DNA from: Octopus sinensis
Taxonomy: Eukaryota
Length of the DNA: 64,000 nucleotides
Reading direction: 5' to 3'
Assembly: GCF_006345805.1 (NCBI RefSeq)
Contig: NC_042998.1
Location: forward strand, 11,904,001 to 11,968,000
Positions 1 through 13,011 of this stretch are shown here, piece after piece. Both the position numbers and the translations under genes were made by a program. Positions within the stretch are counted from its first letter, which is position 1. Each line of letters opens with the position of its first letter. The notes under the pieces were generated by a model. The model made no database searches and was not told the DNA's origin. It saw only the letters and a list, made by a program, of their open reading frames with translations.

Positions 1-36
1 TGACGGATATTTGTCCTCATCTTGGTTTTTATTGCT

Positions 37-82
37 AACACAACGTTTCGGCTGATAGATCTTCAAGCCTTCATCAAGTGTC
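37..82 (-). ncRNA. Minimal type I hammerhead ribozyme motif (C3U variant)
   Basis: Minus strand reads GACAC-TTGATGA-A-GGCT...AGCC-GAAAC-GTT-GTGTT. Stem I is GACAC/GTGTT and helix III is the palindromic AACGTT. Confidence 0.65.
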
Positions 83-700
83 TTGGGTAAATTTCGAACC
101 TGGGTTCTCATTCCTAAGGTATGACATCAGGACAGTATTCAAGAGTAATACAACACTTCGCAAATATCTCCTTCGAGTAAAACCAACAATAGAAGAGAAT
201 ATGACCATAGACTGCATCTGTGGTGGGTTATACAAAGGCGAAACATGCCGCCCCCTCAAAATAAGGGTAGACGAATATCGCAAAGCTGTGACACGAGGAT
301 ATATTGATAAATCGGGTATAGCTGATCATAAATGGGAAAATGGAGACCGCCTCCCCCTGTGGGATGAAATTAAAAATAATGGACAGAGAACACCATTAGA
401 AAATAAGAAAATTAAAAGAAGCAGCACATATACTAGGACACAACAACCCCTTAAGCAGACCGAGTGCAGTTATGAGCAGCATATGGGAACCGGTAATAAG
501 GAAGGATAGAAAATATTAGATTTATAAGCCTTAAAATTTACTCCATAATTGCCCACGATTCCGAGTTCGATTGCAAGCAATGACCCGAATAATGATAAAG
601 ATTATAATAATAATAATAACAATAATATTAATAATAATAATAATGATGATAATATCGAAAATTCCTAAGCAATGAAAACCCAGGCTCAAAATTTCCTCAA

Positions 701-746
701 GACACCTGATGAAGGCTGGAGGGTATATCAGCCGAAAGGTTGTGTT
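701..746 (+). ncRNA. Minimal type I hammerhead ribozyme motif (C15.2G variant)
   Basis: GACAC-CTGATGA-A-GGCTG-gagggtatat-CAGCC-GAAAG-GTT-GTGTT, with a perfect 5-bp stem II. Confidence 0.65.
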
Positions 747-1210
747 AACAACAAACAAGATGAGGACAAATATCCGTCAAATGTAAATAATGTACATAAT
801 TCCTCATCTTTTAAACTTAGAGCTAAACAGGAAAATATTTACCGAAGATACCACACAGTGAGATTGAACCCACAACGATGCGGCTGGGAAGCAAGCTTCT
901 TATCATTCAGCCTCGCCTGTAGAGGCTGTATTTTTCTTTTCAATGTTATGTGAAATTTATAGAAAAATTTTGCTATTATCTCTCGTTTCTATTTGAAGTT
1001 GATCTCAATGACTGGGAAGCATTTGTGTATTCTTCTGTTGAAGGGAAGTAAATTCCAAGAAAAAAAAAAAGTTATTTCGTATGACATTTTGTGACCTTTT
1101 CTCGTTTTTGTTATATCTCCACGAATGCATAGAAATGTACATACATATTTATATATATGAATGAGTGCATACGTAAATATACATATAATCATGATATATA
1201 AACATATATT

Positions 1211-1581
1211 CTTGTATTTGTTTCAGTTATTTGACTGCGGCCATGCTGGAGCACCACCTTTACTCGAACATATCGACCACAAAACTTATTCTTTGTAAGT
1301 TTAGTAGTTATTCTATCGGTATTTTTTGCCGAATCGCTAGCTTACGGGGACATAAACACACCAACATCAGTTGTCAAGCAATGATTGTGGGGGGGGGGCA
1401 TACATACACACACACATATATACGACGGGCTTCTTTCAGTTTCCATCTACCAAATCCATTCACAAAGTTTTGGCCATCCCGAGGCTATGGTAAAAGATAC
1501 TTGCTCAAATTCCCTCACAGTGGAACTGAATCCGGAACCATGTGATTGGTAAGCAAGCTACTTGCCACACAGCCACTCCTG
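1211..1581 (-). mobile_element. tRNA-derived SINE, family A
   Basis: Matches the other family A copies: head aggagtggctgtgtggcaagtagcttgc, internal microsatellite, tail ccagcatggccgcagtcaaat. Confidence 0.9.
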
Positions 1582-1599
1582 TATATATGTATATGCATA

Positions 1600-1600
1600 A

Positions 1601-1643
<43 letters not shown>

Positions 1644-1778
1644 ACTAATGTAGGATAAAATTTTTTTCGGGAAAAAATTTCATCAATGGCCAGCATATCA
1701 AAAAATACCTTTAAAGGTTATTGTAAATTGTTTATATATAAATATATATATATACATATATACATATAAATATATACT

Positions 1779-1815
<37 letters not shown>

Positions 1816-1893
1816 ATATATACATGCTTACACATACACACACAGACACACACACACAATCATGCACGCACACACACACACATATATACACAG

Positions 1894-1924
<31 letters not shown>

Positions 1925-1960
1925 ATCTTATGTAGATGTATTTTATATATGTGTGTGTGT
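1600..1960. repeat. Compound (CA)n/(TA)n microsatellite
   Basis: Direct reading. Confidence 0.95.
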
Positions 1961-2249
1961 GATTCTGCGTGTGTGGGTGTCTGGTGCTTGGAGGGATTTC
2001 TTGAAACTGAAAATTTATATTTTTAATTAAAAAGCTTACTTTTTATTGATAATGAGAAACGTATGTGTAATATAGCAAGAAATTGGTCTAAAGAAAGGTG
2101 CATTTTTAATGAACAAAAAACTAATTAAACACCGTAAATGTTGGGTGTTTCATTTATCAATAATTATTTATTTAGCTGTGAGCGTGCGTGAGTGCGTGTG
2201 TGTGTGTGTGTATGTGTGTGGGGGCGGGGCGTGGGGGGGTGTTAGTTAC

Positions 2250-2500
2250 TGGATGTCTTGAATTGGCTGCAACAATTCTGAAGCAAGCAACATTCGTAGC
2301 ATTTCAGAAATATTGAATATTGTCAGCATCTTATCACATGATTATCCAAAATATATGAAATTTATTTATCTTTTTTTGGTGGAGGTGTTCTGGTTCTAAT
2401 CTAATAATTTTCCAAAGAAGAATGTTTGACTGGAAAGAAAATATACTAAGGGATGCCGGCTGCATGAAGAGCAACTGGTATAAAGGTTGCTAAAATAATG
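2250..2500 (-). pseudogene. Possible pogo-like DDE transposase relic
   Basis: Broken minus-strand frames give LHAAGIP.YIFFPVKH, ILDNH and LLQPIQD, resembling pogo motifs AAG..IP, LDNH and LQPLD. Many stops. Confidence 0.3.
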
Positions 2501-2731
2501 TATTTTTATTAATAATAGCGGAAAGAATTAGCTTTTATATTTAGTCATAATGTTTGGCTCTTCTTAACTTGCAATATATAGGCTTTTTGATACCTGCTTA
2601 TAATGCTAAGGGATCAATAATAATCGTCTCCTGACAAAGTGGCTGTGCTTCTGCAACCGTCTCTACGATAAACATTCAGTTATTTGATCACCTATATTTC
2701 TACTCACGAAATTAGAGAGAGCGAGAAGGAG

Positions 2732-2734
<3 letters not shown>

Positions 2735-2788
<54 letters not shown>
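2735..2788. repeat. (GA)n microsatellite
   Basis: Direct reading. Confidence 0.95.
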
Positions 2789-2792
<4 letters not shown>

Positions 2793-2981
2793 AGAATTAC
2801 TCTCCGAACCGAAACTATGATAAAAAGAAAGTAGGTTGCGGTAAGATTTTAACTCAAAGTGTTGACAATAAGAACGAAGGACTACATCAAGGTATTCAGT
2901 CCGAAACTTCAATGACGTTCTTAATTCGTTGTCTTAGCTACCGTGAATGTATCACTATAGTGACTTATTCGGATATGATCT

Positions 2982-3394
2982 CTCTTTTACTCTTTTACTT
3001 GTTTCAGTCATTTGACTGCGGCAATGCTGGGGCACCGCCTTTAATCGAGCAACTCGACCCCGGGACTTATTCTTTTGTAAGCCCAGTACTTATTCTATCG
3101 GTCTCTTTTGCCGAACCGCTAAGTAGCGGGGACATAAACACACCAGCATCGGTTGTCAAGCAATGCTAGAGGGACAAACACAGACACACACAAACACACA
3201 CAGACACACACACACACATATATACATTATACTACGGGCTTCTTTCAGGTTCCATCTACCAAATCCACTCACAAGGCTTTGGTCGGCCCGAGGCTATAGT
3301 AGAAGACACTTGCCCAAGGTGCCACGCAGTGGGACTGAACCCGGAACCATGTGGTTGGTAAGCAAGCTACTTACCACACAGCCACTCCTGCACC
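2982..3394 (-). mobile_element. SINE family A, full length
   Basis: Complete head-to-tail match to the 11158-11568 copy in reverse orientation, ending in a (GAGTAAAA)n tail. Confidence 0.92.
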
Positions 3395-3670
3395 TATCTC
3401 TCAATGATCTGTGATAACATTTACCAGTATGCATCTTTGGAGTGACTGCAAACAGGCTACAGATAGGATAACCCTCAATATCTGAACTATTGTTCCAAAT
3501 GTCCTCTCTCCATCATTGTGCCTCTGCATTTTTAAAATCCTGTGATTTTATTTTCTAGTCGTATTTGTGAATTAATAAGCTTCCATCTGAGATTGTTTTT
3601 GTTGCTCAGCTATCCGGTGGACTTTGTTGATTGAACAGTATTATCTTTTATCTTTTATCTTTTATACCAT

Positions 3671-3846
3671 ACTTGTTTCAGTCATTGGGCTGTAGTCATG
3701 AAGAATTTTTAGTCGAATAAATCGACCCAGAAGCAATTTTAAAAACCTGGTCGCTTTTGCCGAACCGCTAAGTAGCAGGGGCGTAAACACACCAGCCATA
3801 GTTTTCGAGTGGTGGCGGGACACACACACACACATCCACACACATC

Positions 3847-3878
<32 letters not shown>

Positions 3879-4092
3879 CACACTCACACACACATATATA
3901 TAGGTATATATACATATATATAGGTATATATACATATATATACGATGGGGTTCTTTCAGTTTACGTCTACCAAATCCGCTTACAACGCTTCGGACGGCTC
4001 GAAGCTACTATAGTAGAATATACTTGCTGAAGATGCCACGCAATGAAAGTGTACATCGAACCATGTGGTTAGGAAGCAACCCCCTTACCATA
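3671..4092 (-). mobile_element. SINE family A, diverged
   Basis: Same module order with many substitutions. Confidence 0.8.
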
Positions 4093-4439
4093 GTGCACAT
4101 TCTGAGAAAGTTCAAGTGAGATTTAGTTCAACATTGTAGAGTGCGTTTACCTTTAAAAGGGTAGAAGTAGTTTGGAAGAGCTTTCTATGATGTCGATTGG
4201 GTAGAATTACGCAGAATTACGTTTACAGACTTCATTCACGAAGGGATTTGGTCAAGCCGGGGCTCTATAGTTCTCTAAACTGCTTTACAGTAGGGTGATC
4301 CTTAAAACGAAAAGGCTGTTGCAAAGTAAACTCACCAAATAGCTATCATACAACCGCAGTAGCATTAAAGATACAGTAGAAAAAGCTCTGTCATTTTCGA
4401 TAGAGCCTAGAACACGATATTATGACAGCACATATATTA

Positions 4440-4540
4440 TATGCATGTGTGTGTATGAGTCTATGTATGTATGTATGTATGTATGTATGTATGTATGTAT
4501 GTATGTATGTATGTATGTATGCATGATTTATGTATGCATA

Positions 4541-4571
<31 letters not shown>

Positions 4572-4871
4572 ATGTGTGTGTGTGTGTGCGTGTGCGTGTG
4601 TATCTCTGTCCGTATGTGGTGTGTGTGTGCATGTATATATATATTTATGTATATCTGTGCATATGTATGTAGTACACACACATATGCGCATTTACATACA
4701 TACACACATGCACACACGCGCGCACATTGACTCAAGTACTTTTTATTAAAGCTGAAAAAAAAATCTTCACAAATTGCAAAACTGTTTTCGGCTTCAATAC
4801 AAAGCATATTTCTCTACCATCAGTATTCGAGTACTATTTTCTACCACCTTGTTTTGCAGTTATACGCTTAC

Positions 4872-4922
<51 letters not shown>

Positions 4923-4945
4923 TGCGTGTGTGTGTGTGTGTATCG
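4440..4945. repeat. (TATG)n/(TG)n/(TA)n microsatellite cluster
   Basis: Direct reading. Confidence 0.9.
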
Positions 4946-5028
4946 GCGGTGAACGAGCATGGCCATAGCCTCTGAGCTGAAAACCATAAAACCATAAAGA
5001 ATAATGGAATGTATGTATGGATGAATAG

Positions 5029-5071
<43 letters not shown>

Positions 5072-6603
5072 CATATATTCGCGTTTATTTGTTTGTGTAT
5101 ATGTATGTATTATGTATATGTAAAACCAACAGCCTTTCTTACAATCTATTTAATCCTGATGTAGAGAGAATAAACACAGAAATAAGAATTCAAAATTATT
5201 TATTTATAAATTTTATCTCTTAAGACATGAATCATGTTAATAGTCTTACCGTGTACTTCAACATGTCGAATATTCTGACCCAGGCTTGCTAAAATATTCT
5301 GAACTGATGATATTTTTTTATTTTTATTTTTTGCCAAAAACTCTCAACACTAAATTTTTCAAACAACTTTTTAGATAACAATTGCGTGCAAAAACCGATG
5401 AAATGAGGCCCATTGTGCTTGAGGCGAATGTTCATAAAATTATAAGCACCGTTCTTGCTTTTTCTTTTGTAAATTTTACATTTTTTTCCAACACTTGTTT
5501 TCTCTTGATTATCGTAATTTGATAACCCTGAAACAAACTCACGAAAACTGCGTTAAAATATTCATTGAGAGTGATTTGTTTTCATAAAGGGTATTTTTTA
5601 TAACCATTGATAATAACTGGAAGATATAAACTTACAAACGACTTTACAATGCATAGTTTTACGAATTTGTGTTTTCCCTTCTTTCTGTGTTCGGATCATG
5701 TCGGTAAAAAAATCTTCTAGAACATACTGATTATATTAATGAAAAAATCCATAAAGTTCGTAAGATTGTTTCATACTTTTACACACGTGAAGACAAGGTA
5801 AATATATTTAAAGAATATGGTTCTCTTTGTAAACACTGACCTTCTAAATGACAGTTTGTGTAACTGTTATAACGTGGGATATTTCTTTCTTACAGACTGT
5901 GTTATGCATGATCATCTATGCACCAAGAAACCGATTGCTCTCCACCTTCCTCTCTCTCACATTGTATCCATCTCCCTTCCTACACTCTTATCTTCTGCTC
6001 TCCCCGCAATCCATATATTTTATTTTATAAAGGCAATATTTGACCAAATTATTTATGAGCTACTGCTGAAGTTCAGAATGGCTGATTCATATTTTGATGT
6101 AAAATAACATAAATCGATATACTGTTTTACGACTCTATACATAGAGACAATCATATACAATGCGGTATATACGCTTATATGCGTGCGCACGCACGCTCGT
6201 GTGTAGTTTCTGTCTCGATATTTCCACTCCCATGGGTAAAATTAAAAGTAATTTTCCCTAAAACGCAGTGCTGTGAGATTGAAAAGAATTAAATATTAAC
6301 GGTTAATATTGTACTTAAATTATATAAAATACAACCATTGAATGGATACAAAAAGAAGAAAAAATGCACACCTATTGATGGGATCCAGTTCTTAATGCTC
6401 GTGATATTAACGTGTTGCCTTTAGATTAAGGAACATCTGTTTTACTACTTATGTACTATGACGTTTTTGTTTGTGTTACGTAGTTGTACTATTCTATATA
6501 CAAAAGCATCTAATTTTTTTTTCTTACGGAGCTATTTTATCATTCACTGCTAGAAGAATACACACGCCGGGGCAAAATGCTTTGCTTCATTTCATCCGTC
6601 TTT

Positions 6604-6745
6604 ACGCTCTTAGTTCAAATTCTGCCGAGGTCGACTTTGCCTTTCGTCCTTTCGAGATTGGGCACTGGGGTCGATGTAACTGACTTAATCCTTCCTCCGA
6701 AATTCCTGGTCTTATACCAAGATTTGAAACCAATATTTCTTTCTA
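6604..6745 (+). mobile_element. SINE family B fragment
   Basis: gttcaaattctgccgaggtcgactttgcctttc core. Confidence 0.7.
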
Positions 6746-6947
6746 CTACATGCACAAAGCCTGAAATTAATTTTTATGGGGGTGGTGGTAATGGTGGTGG
6801 TGGTAGTGGTGGTGTTAGTGATAGTCGGTGACATCAACTCCAATGTTGAACTGGTACTTATTTTAAGAATCACAAAAGGGATGAAAGGCAAAATAGGCGT
6901 CGATGGAACATGAACTCAGAATGTAAAGCCAGAAGAAATACCTACGT

Positions 6948-7178
6948 ATTAAGTCGATTATATCGACCCCAGTCCGTAACTGGTACTTAATTTATCGACC
7001 CCGAAAGGATGAAAGGCAAAGTCGACCTCGGCGGAATTTGAACTCAGAACGTATCGGAATTTGAACTCAGAACGAAAGGATGACAGGGCTGAGTTAACCT
7101 CGGCGAAGTTTGAACTACGGACAAAATGTCGCCAAGCATTTTGCTCGCGTGCTATCGATTCTATCAGCTCGCCGCCTT
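6948..7178 (-). mobile_element. SINE family B with internal rearrangement
   Basis: Core gaccccgaaaggatgaaaggcaaagtcgacctcggcggaatttgaactc, with a duplicated ggaatttgaactcagaacg and the head agctcgccgcctt. Confidence 0.8.
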
Positions 7179-8822
7179 AAAACAATTTTATTGATATTTG
7201 GAAACAAGTAATCATATCTTGATTGCATGAAAATGAAGTATATTACGAAAAAGAATTACGCTAACATTTTATTATAAATGATTTCAGACATTAATAATGC
7301 CAGTTTTAGTAAGAGAAACAACAATCTGATTAGCCTTGGATGAACTATGTGTAGCTTGCTTAGTGATTACCTTGCAAATTACACTTCACAATCACATAAG
7401 GAATAAAGGATCACCTCATTATATATCAGTGCCAGTCTTTGAACAGCTTCAAGCGATTCAATGGATAAAGCATGAACAAAATATTTTTAGTAAAAATACC
7501 TTGAATGTTTTTTTCCGCTATCTTCATTAGCTCTCTGTTTGTAAACGGAACATTCTGCTTGCGAGGAAAATCTTACTGATAATGCTGACCTTACAATTAT
7601 CTCAATATTATCGCATTTACTACAATGCCGCTGTGTTTAGAATATATTGCCACATCACTTTCGTCACGAAATAACAACCTTAGTCTCTCCCCAGTGTAAC
7701 CGTACTAGAATAGCAAAACATTAAATTTCTTACATTACCACCAAACCGCCACCGTCGCCGCCGAAGTCACCGTTGATGGTACCACTAAATCTTTACTCAA
7801 CGTTTTTACATAGATGTAGTGTTTCCCTGACATAAAGAAGAATAGACACTGAATTGTAGACTGCTATTTAAAATTCGATAGTAATGATTAGTTATAGTTT
7901 CCAAATCTATCAAACGCTTCATTGGCTTTTCCAATTCTGAGGTAGACCTTACTGTGTGCGTCCGACACATGTATTGTCCAAATATATAAATACAGTATTT
8001 CAAGTTATTTTTTCCTGTTCCTGGGAATGATCTGCGTATTTGACAGTTTATACATTGAAGCTGGCAGAATAATAAAGTCTGGATCAAGAGCACCTGTTCT
8101 CTTGAATTTCACCTTTTTATTTCCAATCATGCTAGTATCTTTATATTAGTATTCCCCTTGCCAACTTTAATAGCAATTCTATACTCTAGTATGCGCAAAG
8201 TCACTTTGCATTATCTCATGCTAACAGATATTCGGACACGAGACTGATCAGCAGAAATCTTGAGGTCTTGGTTAATGATATGCCAACACTACTACTAATT
8301 TTCTCGGGTTCGTAGGGAACCGTTTTATTTTCTCAGTGGCAGACGCACACAGTCAAACAGATCTTTTAATGCATATCGTACAATAATTTAGCATTCTGCT
8401 TATGTATCGATCATGTTTGGTATTTTATTTATCTACCAAGAAAGAGAAAGGGCGAAAATAAATTAAATAAGGGGTTTAAACTCAAACGGCTGCAGCAAAT
8501 ACAGAAAACCATTCTATCTGACCCTTTAACACATCTGCCAACGCGTCAATATTACACCCACACAACACACACACACACACACACACACAGGTTTATGATT
8601 TTGCATTCTGCTCCTGAAAAGTAGTGTCTAACTTACTGTAGACCATTTCGTCAAGTCTTCTCGCTGGATTCAAATCTATGACGTCATGCGCATGTTACTT
8701 AGTACTTACGTAAGCTATGGCCGTTTTGGAACATAATTCTTCGTATCTACTTTGTGTTCTTTTTCACTTGTTTTGTGATGTGTATTTTGTGATTCATGAA
8801 AATTTACGGTGTCTGCCTTACC

Positions 8823-8955
8823 TTGATATCTCCATAATAACTGGGTAAGAATTGTTCTTATAGCTAGCTTTCGATACGGAGGCTTCGCCCCTGGATGAAG
8901 AACTTGGAATTTAAGTTCACATCCATTTGAGCACTGTGTTATCTATACTGGACTT
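8823..8955 (+). repeat. 133-bp direct repeat, copy 1
   Basis: Matches 9240-9372 with 4 substitutions seen. Confidence 0.92.
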
Positions 8956-9145
8956 ATTTTGCTTTCTCCTACTACCCCCACCACACACACACACACACAC
9001 ACACACATTATATACATACACATGTATATATGCATATACATATGTATATATATACATATATATATGCACATACATATATAGAGACAGATACACACACACA
9101 CCCATATATATATATATATAATATATATATATATATATAATATTA

Positions 9146-9466
9146 ATTAGAGACAAAACCACTATTATGCAAATCAAACAAAGAAAGACTTAATCCAATA
9201 CATAAAAAATTTTATATAAATTAAATAAAATTATCTACTTTGATATCTCCATAACAACTGGATAAGAATTGTTCTTATAGCTAGCTTTCGATACGGAAGC
9301 TTCGACCCTGGATGAAGAACTTGGAATTTAAGTTCACATCCATTTGAGCACTGTGTTATCTATACTGGACTTCTACTTTAATTTTAGTTAATTTATATAA
9401 AATTTTTTATGTATTGGATTAAGTCTTTCTTTGTTTGATTTGCATAATAGTGGTTTTGTCTCTAAT
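9146..9466. repeat. Foldback: 87-bp inverted arms (9146-9232 / 9380-9466) enclosing copy 2 of the 133-bp repeat
   Basis: Arms attagagacaaaaccactattatgcaaatc... and ...gatttgcataatagtggttttgtctctaat are nearly perfect reverse complements. A related terminus occurs at about 61291. Confidence 0.9.
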
Positions 9467-9583
9467 ATTATATAATATTTTACTATAAAATTGGATTCAG
9501 TCCTAAATCTGATTTTTCCCTGTAAATTTGGATTTATTCCCTAATATTTATTATATATATATATATATACGGGCATATATACA

Positions 9584-9621
<38 letters not shown>

Positions 9622-9635
9622 CATGTGTGTGTATG

Positions 9636-9675
<40 letters not shown>

Positions 9676-11157
9676 ATATATATACACACTTCTACTTTAA
9701 AGCTTTATTGTTTCAACAGAGATTGTGGACACCACGCGGAGGCATCGATATTGGTGTGATTATGAGTATATTTCATTTTCTTCTGTTAGTACTCTCTCCA
9801 TGTTTGGTTTTGCTGAATAAAAGAATTGGTAAACGCTGCCCTCATTTGCGTTCCTTGCCATGTTGTGTGTGAGTGCAGAACCAACTCTGTCTCAGTTGAA
9901 AATTTTGTTTTTACATTTTCCCACATATACATCAATACGTCGTACATCTGAAGACTTTCGATTAGATATTGAAAAGATGCACGATCATGGGTGCAGTATT
10001 GGGTCCTTATTCTGAATAGAGTGGGGAGGATCTTTTGTATGGAACAGTGACACCCAATTGGGGTGATGTATAGTTTTCAATCTGAAAATTAAACACCATA
10101 TCAATAATTTTTCTCCATATATATCTATATTGAAAAGGTTAAATGACTCGAGTTATAAATTTATTTAGAAAACCAAAAACATACAGAAAATAAATAAATA
10201 AATAAAAAGAAGAACGTTTTATCATTGAAAAATAGGAGAAAGTATTTACACTTTAGTATAATTAAGCTACCAATTTCAATCGCTTAAAAATATGATTTAA
10301 TAATGCTCAAATAAAAGTTAGAAGAAAATTAAATGAATTATATTAAATCAGTCTTTCATGATATCAGTTCTGTATGTTCATGCTTTTCTTAAGAGTCACA
10401 TTTTGATTAGGTAGCAGAAGCAGCAGCAGCAGTAGCCCTCTGCATATCTTTCGCGTTTTTGCTCTGAGGAATAGGGCCTCAGTCTTTTTCACCTTTTTGT
10501 GGCAGCTCATGTGTTGCTCTGGAGCAATCTTTTGGCTTTAGAAATGTTGGATTTTCTCGGCCTCCGCTATTAAGCTGACGTCATATGGTAACCATAATTG
10601 GGAATAGTAATCCGCAAGATTGAAAATGAAATTTTATTTTCAGTTCCAACATAGTTTCCTCCTTTCTTTGTTTGAATTGCCTCAGAATCCAACCAGCTCC
10701 TCGCCTACATTTTGTTGCCATTTTAATAATATGCACAAAGAATAAGTTCGAATATGCTTAAGGGGTTTGCATCTTAGCGAATGTTCTTGGAAATGCCAAA
10801 GTAATTTCTTCCCTGCTTTTACAAAACATATAATAAATTTAAGCTTGTATCTACAAAACTATATCTGCAAATAGATCCGTTTCAGTAAGTACTATACACA
10901 TTGCTTGATCATACGCGGAAAGATAGTAGCCTTATTAAATTTTGCTAGTGTGGTGCCAGACTTCCGATCTGTATGTACGTGTGTATGAACATACATTTAG
11001 GTATGTGCACACAGAATCAAACTTCATAGTTTAACACATATCCAGAACTTTGTTGCTTGGAGATGCCATTCTAAGTGTCTTCTACCTCAAGGTCATTTAA
11101 AGACACGGAGGGAAGGATTCTTTGGTGATAAATTAATATTTTATACGTGTACATATA

Positions 11158-11322
11158 GGCGCAGGAGTGGCTGTGTGGTAAGTAGCTTGTTTACCAACCA
11201 CATGGTTCCGGGTTCAGTCCCACTGCGTGGCACCTTGAGCAGGTGTCTTCTACTATAGCCTCGGGCCGACCAAAGCCTTGTGTGTGGATTTGGTAGACGG
11301 AAACTGAAAGAAGCCCGTCGTA

Positions 11323-11366
<44 letters not shown>

Positions 11367-11568
11367 TGTGTGTTTGTGTGTCTGTGTTTGTCCCCCTAGC
11401 ATTGCTGATGTGTTTATGTCCCCGTTACTTAGCGGTTCGGCAAAAGAGACCGATAGAATAAGTACTGGGCTTACAAAAGAATAAGTCCCGGGGTCGAGTT
11501 GCTCGACTAAAGGAGGTGTTCCAGCATGGCCGCAGTCAAATGACTGAAACAAGTAAAAGAGTAAAGAG
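11158..11568 (+). mobile_element. SINE family A, full length
   Basis: tRNA-like head with A box (tggctgtgtggtaa) and B box (ggttcagtccc), CORE-like accttgagcaggtgtc, internal (TA)n, tail gagtaaa. Confidence 0.93.
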
Positions 11569-12191
11569 ATACATCGCTAAAATATGAATGAAGCTTGAAA
11601 GGAAACCTAGATTTTACATATTACCTGAGCCATTTTGAAATGGAATCGATATGCAAGTTCTAAGATAATTTAAATTTGAACCTATACCCACTTTTGTTAT
11701 CCGCTTTCTACTGACCTGCATATATTAGATACTAAAACTTAACAATTACCGACTGTCTTCATTGTTTATCAGGACAATTGTATTGCCAGTTATGCTATAT
11801 ATTGCCTGCCATTCAATCTTAAAGAGCTACATGTTAATTTTATTGTTTTTCCTTTTAGGCCAAGTTAAACGATATTCAAATCACTAATTGCCGGCTGGGC
11901 GCGACACTCTACTAAAGAAGGCGTTGCAAAATATACTGCTATTATTTGATGTTTGATGATGAAAAACAAACCGTGAATCAAAAGTGTGAAATTAACTACT
12001 TCCCCACTTTTATAACTAAATTTAAGTTTATGTACTGTCTATAAACGTAATAACTTTTATATGAGGATCTTAGCAGCAAATTTACAATTTCTACGATTTA
12101 ACAAAAGTGTTTTTATTTATAAAGTGTATTCAAATGTTTCAGAGAAAGTTTGCATACTACGTGTTTGCATCTCGGTCCTGAACAACGAGGT

Positions 12192-12581
12192 TGGATTTGG
12201 AAGCACTCCGTCGGTTACGACGATGAGGGTTCCGGTTGATCCGAATCAACGGAACAGCCTGCTCGTGAAATTAACGTGTAAGTGGCTGAGCACTCCACAG
12301 ACACGTGTACCCTTAACGTAGTTCTCGGGGATATTCAGCGTGACACAGAGAGTGACAAGGCCGGCCCTTTGAAATACAGGTACAACAGAAACAGGAAGTA
12401 AGAGTGAGAGAAAGTTGTGGTGAAAGAGTACAGCAGGGATCACCACCATCCCTGCCGGAGCCTCGTGGGGCTTTTTAGGTGTTTTCTCTCAATAAACACT
12501 CACAACGCCCGGTCTGGGAATCGAAACCGCGATCCTACGACCGCGAGTCCGCTGCCCTAACCACTGGGCCATTGCGCCTCC
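12192..12581 (-). mobile_element. SINE family C, full length, part of a composite insertion
   Basis: Near-identical to 43366-43753 and 47588-47968. Confidence 0.92.
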
Positions 12582-12584
12582 ACC

Positions 12585-12753
12585 CAACTGTACCATACTG
12601 AAATAGACACTATCATAATGATGTTCGAGATATATCCCTAAAGACAGAGTTGTCACAACTGAAATGCCTTTCGTTGTCGGTATGCTTTTCGGATTGAAAT
12701 TCAACTTTGCAGAGCCATCCAACTAGGTCGTTCGTCTTGCTAGAAAGAGCAAC
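12585..12753 (-). repeat. Segment X, an inverted copy of 46743-46928
   Basis: Reverse complement matches 46743-46928 apart from a short internal deletion and a few substitutions. Confidence 0.9.
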
Positions 12754-12783
12754 GCCCGGTCTGGGGAACAACGAGGTAGTGAA

Positions 12784-13011
12784 CGGCGAGCTGGCAGAAA
12801 GGTTAGCACGCCGGGCGAAATGCGTAGCCGTATTTCGTCTGTCGTTACGTTGTGTTCAAATTCCTCCGAGGTCGACTTTGCCTTTCATCCTAACGGGGTC
12901 GATAAATCAAGTACCAGTTACGCGTTGGAGTCGATGTAAACGACTTAATCCCTTTGTCTGTCCTTGTTTGTCCCCTCTATGTTTAGCCCCTTGTGGGCAA
13001 TAAAGAAATAT
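12784..13011 (+). mobile_element. SINE family B, full length
   Basis: Head ggcgagctggcagaaaggttagc, B box gttcaaattcc, tail gtgggcaataaagaaata. Confidence 0.9.

Larger units (their letters stand above)
1..810 (+). mobile_element. 5'-truncated Penelope-like element: inverted pLTR fragment (1-120), GIY-YIG endonuclease remnant, 3' pLTR (about 660-810)
   Basis: ORF 78-509 contains DCICGGLYKGETCRPLKIRVDEYRK...SGIADHKW, typical of the PLE GIY-YIG C-terminus. Bases 1-120 are the reverse complement of about 665-780. Confidence 0.85.

Noticed and set aside
7806-8093. 95-aa minus-strand ORF
   Set aside because: Alternative start codon, no motif and no convincing splice sites.
10420-10620. GC-richer island that looks coding
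   Set aside because: All three minus frames contain stops, and no family could be recognised.
11158-11235. tRNA-like sequences at SINE heads (families A, B and C)
   Set aside because: They have A and B boxes but no complete cloverleaf, and each is fused to a SINE body, so they are not tRNA genes.
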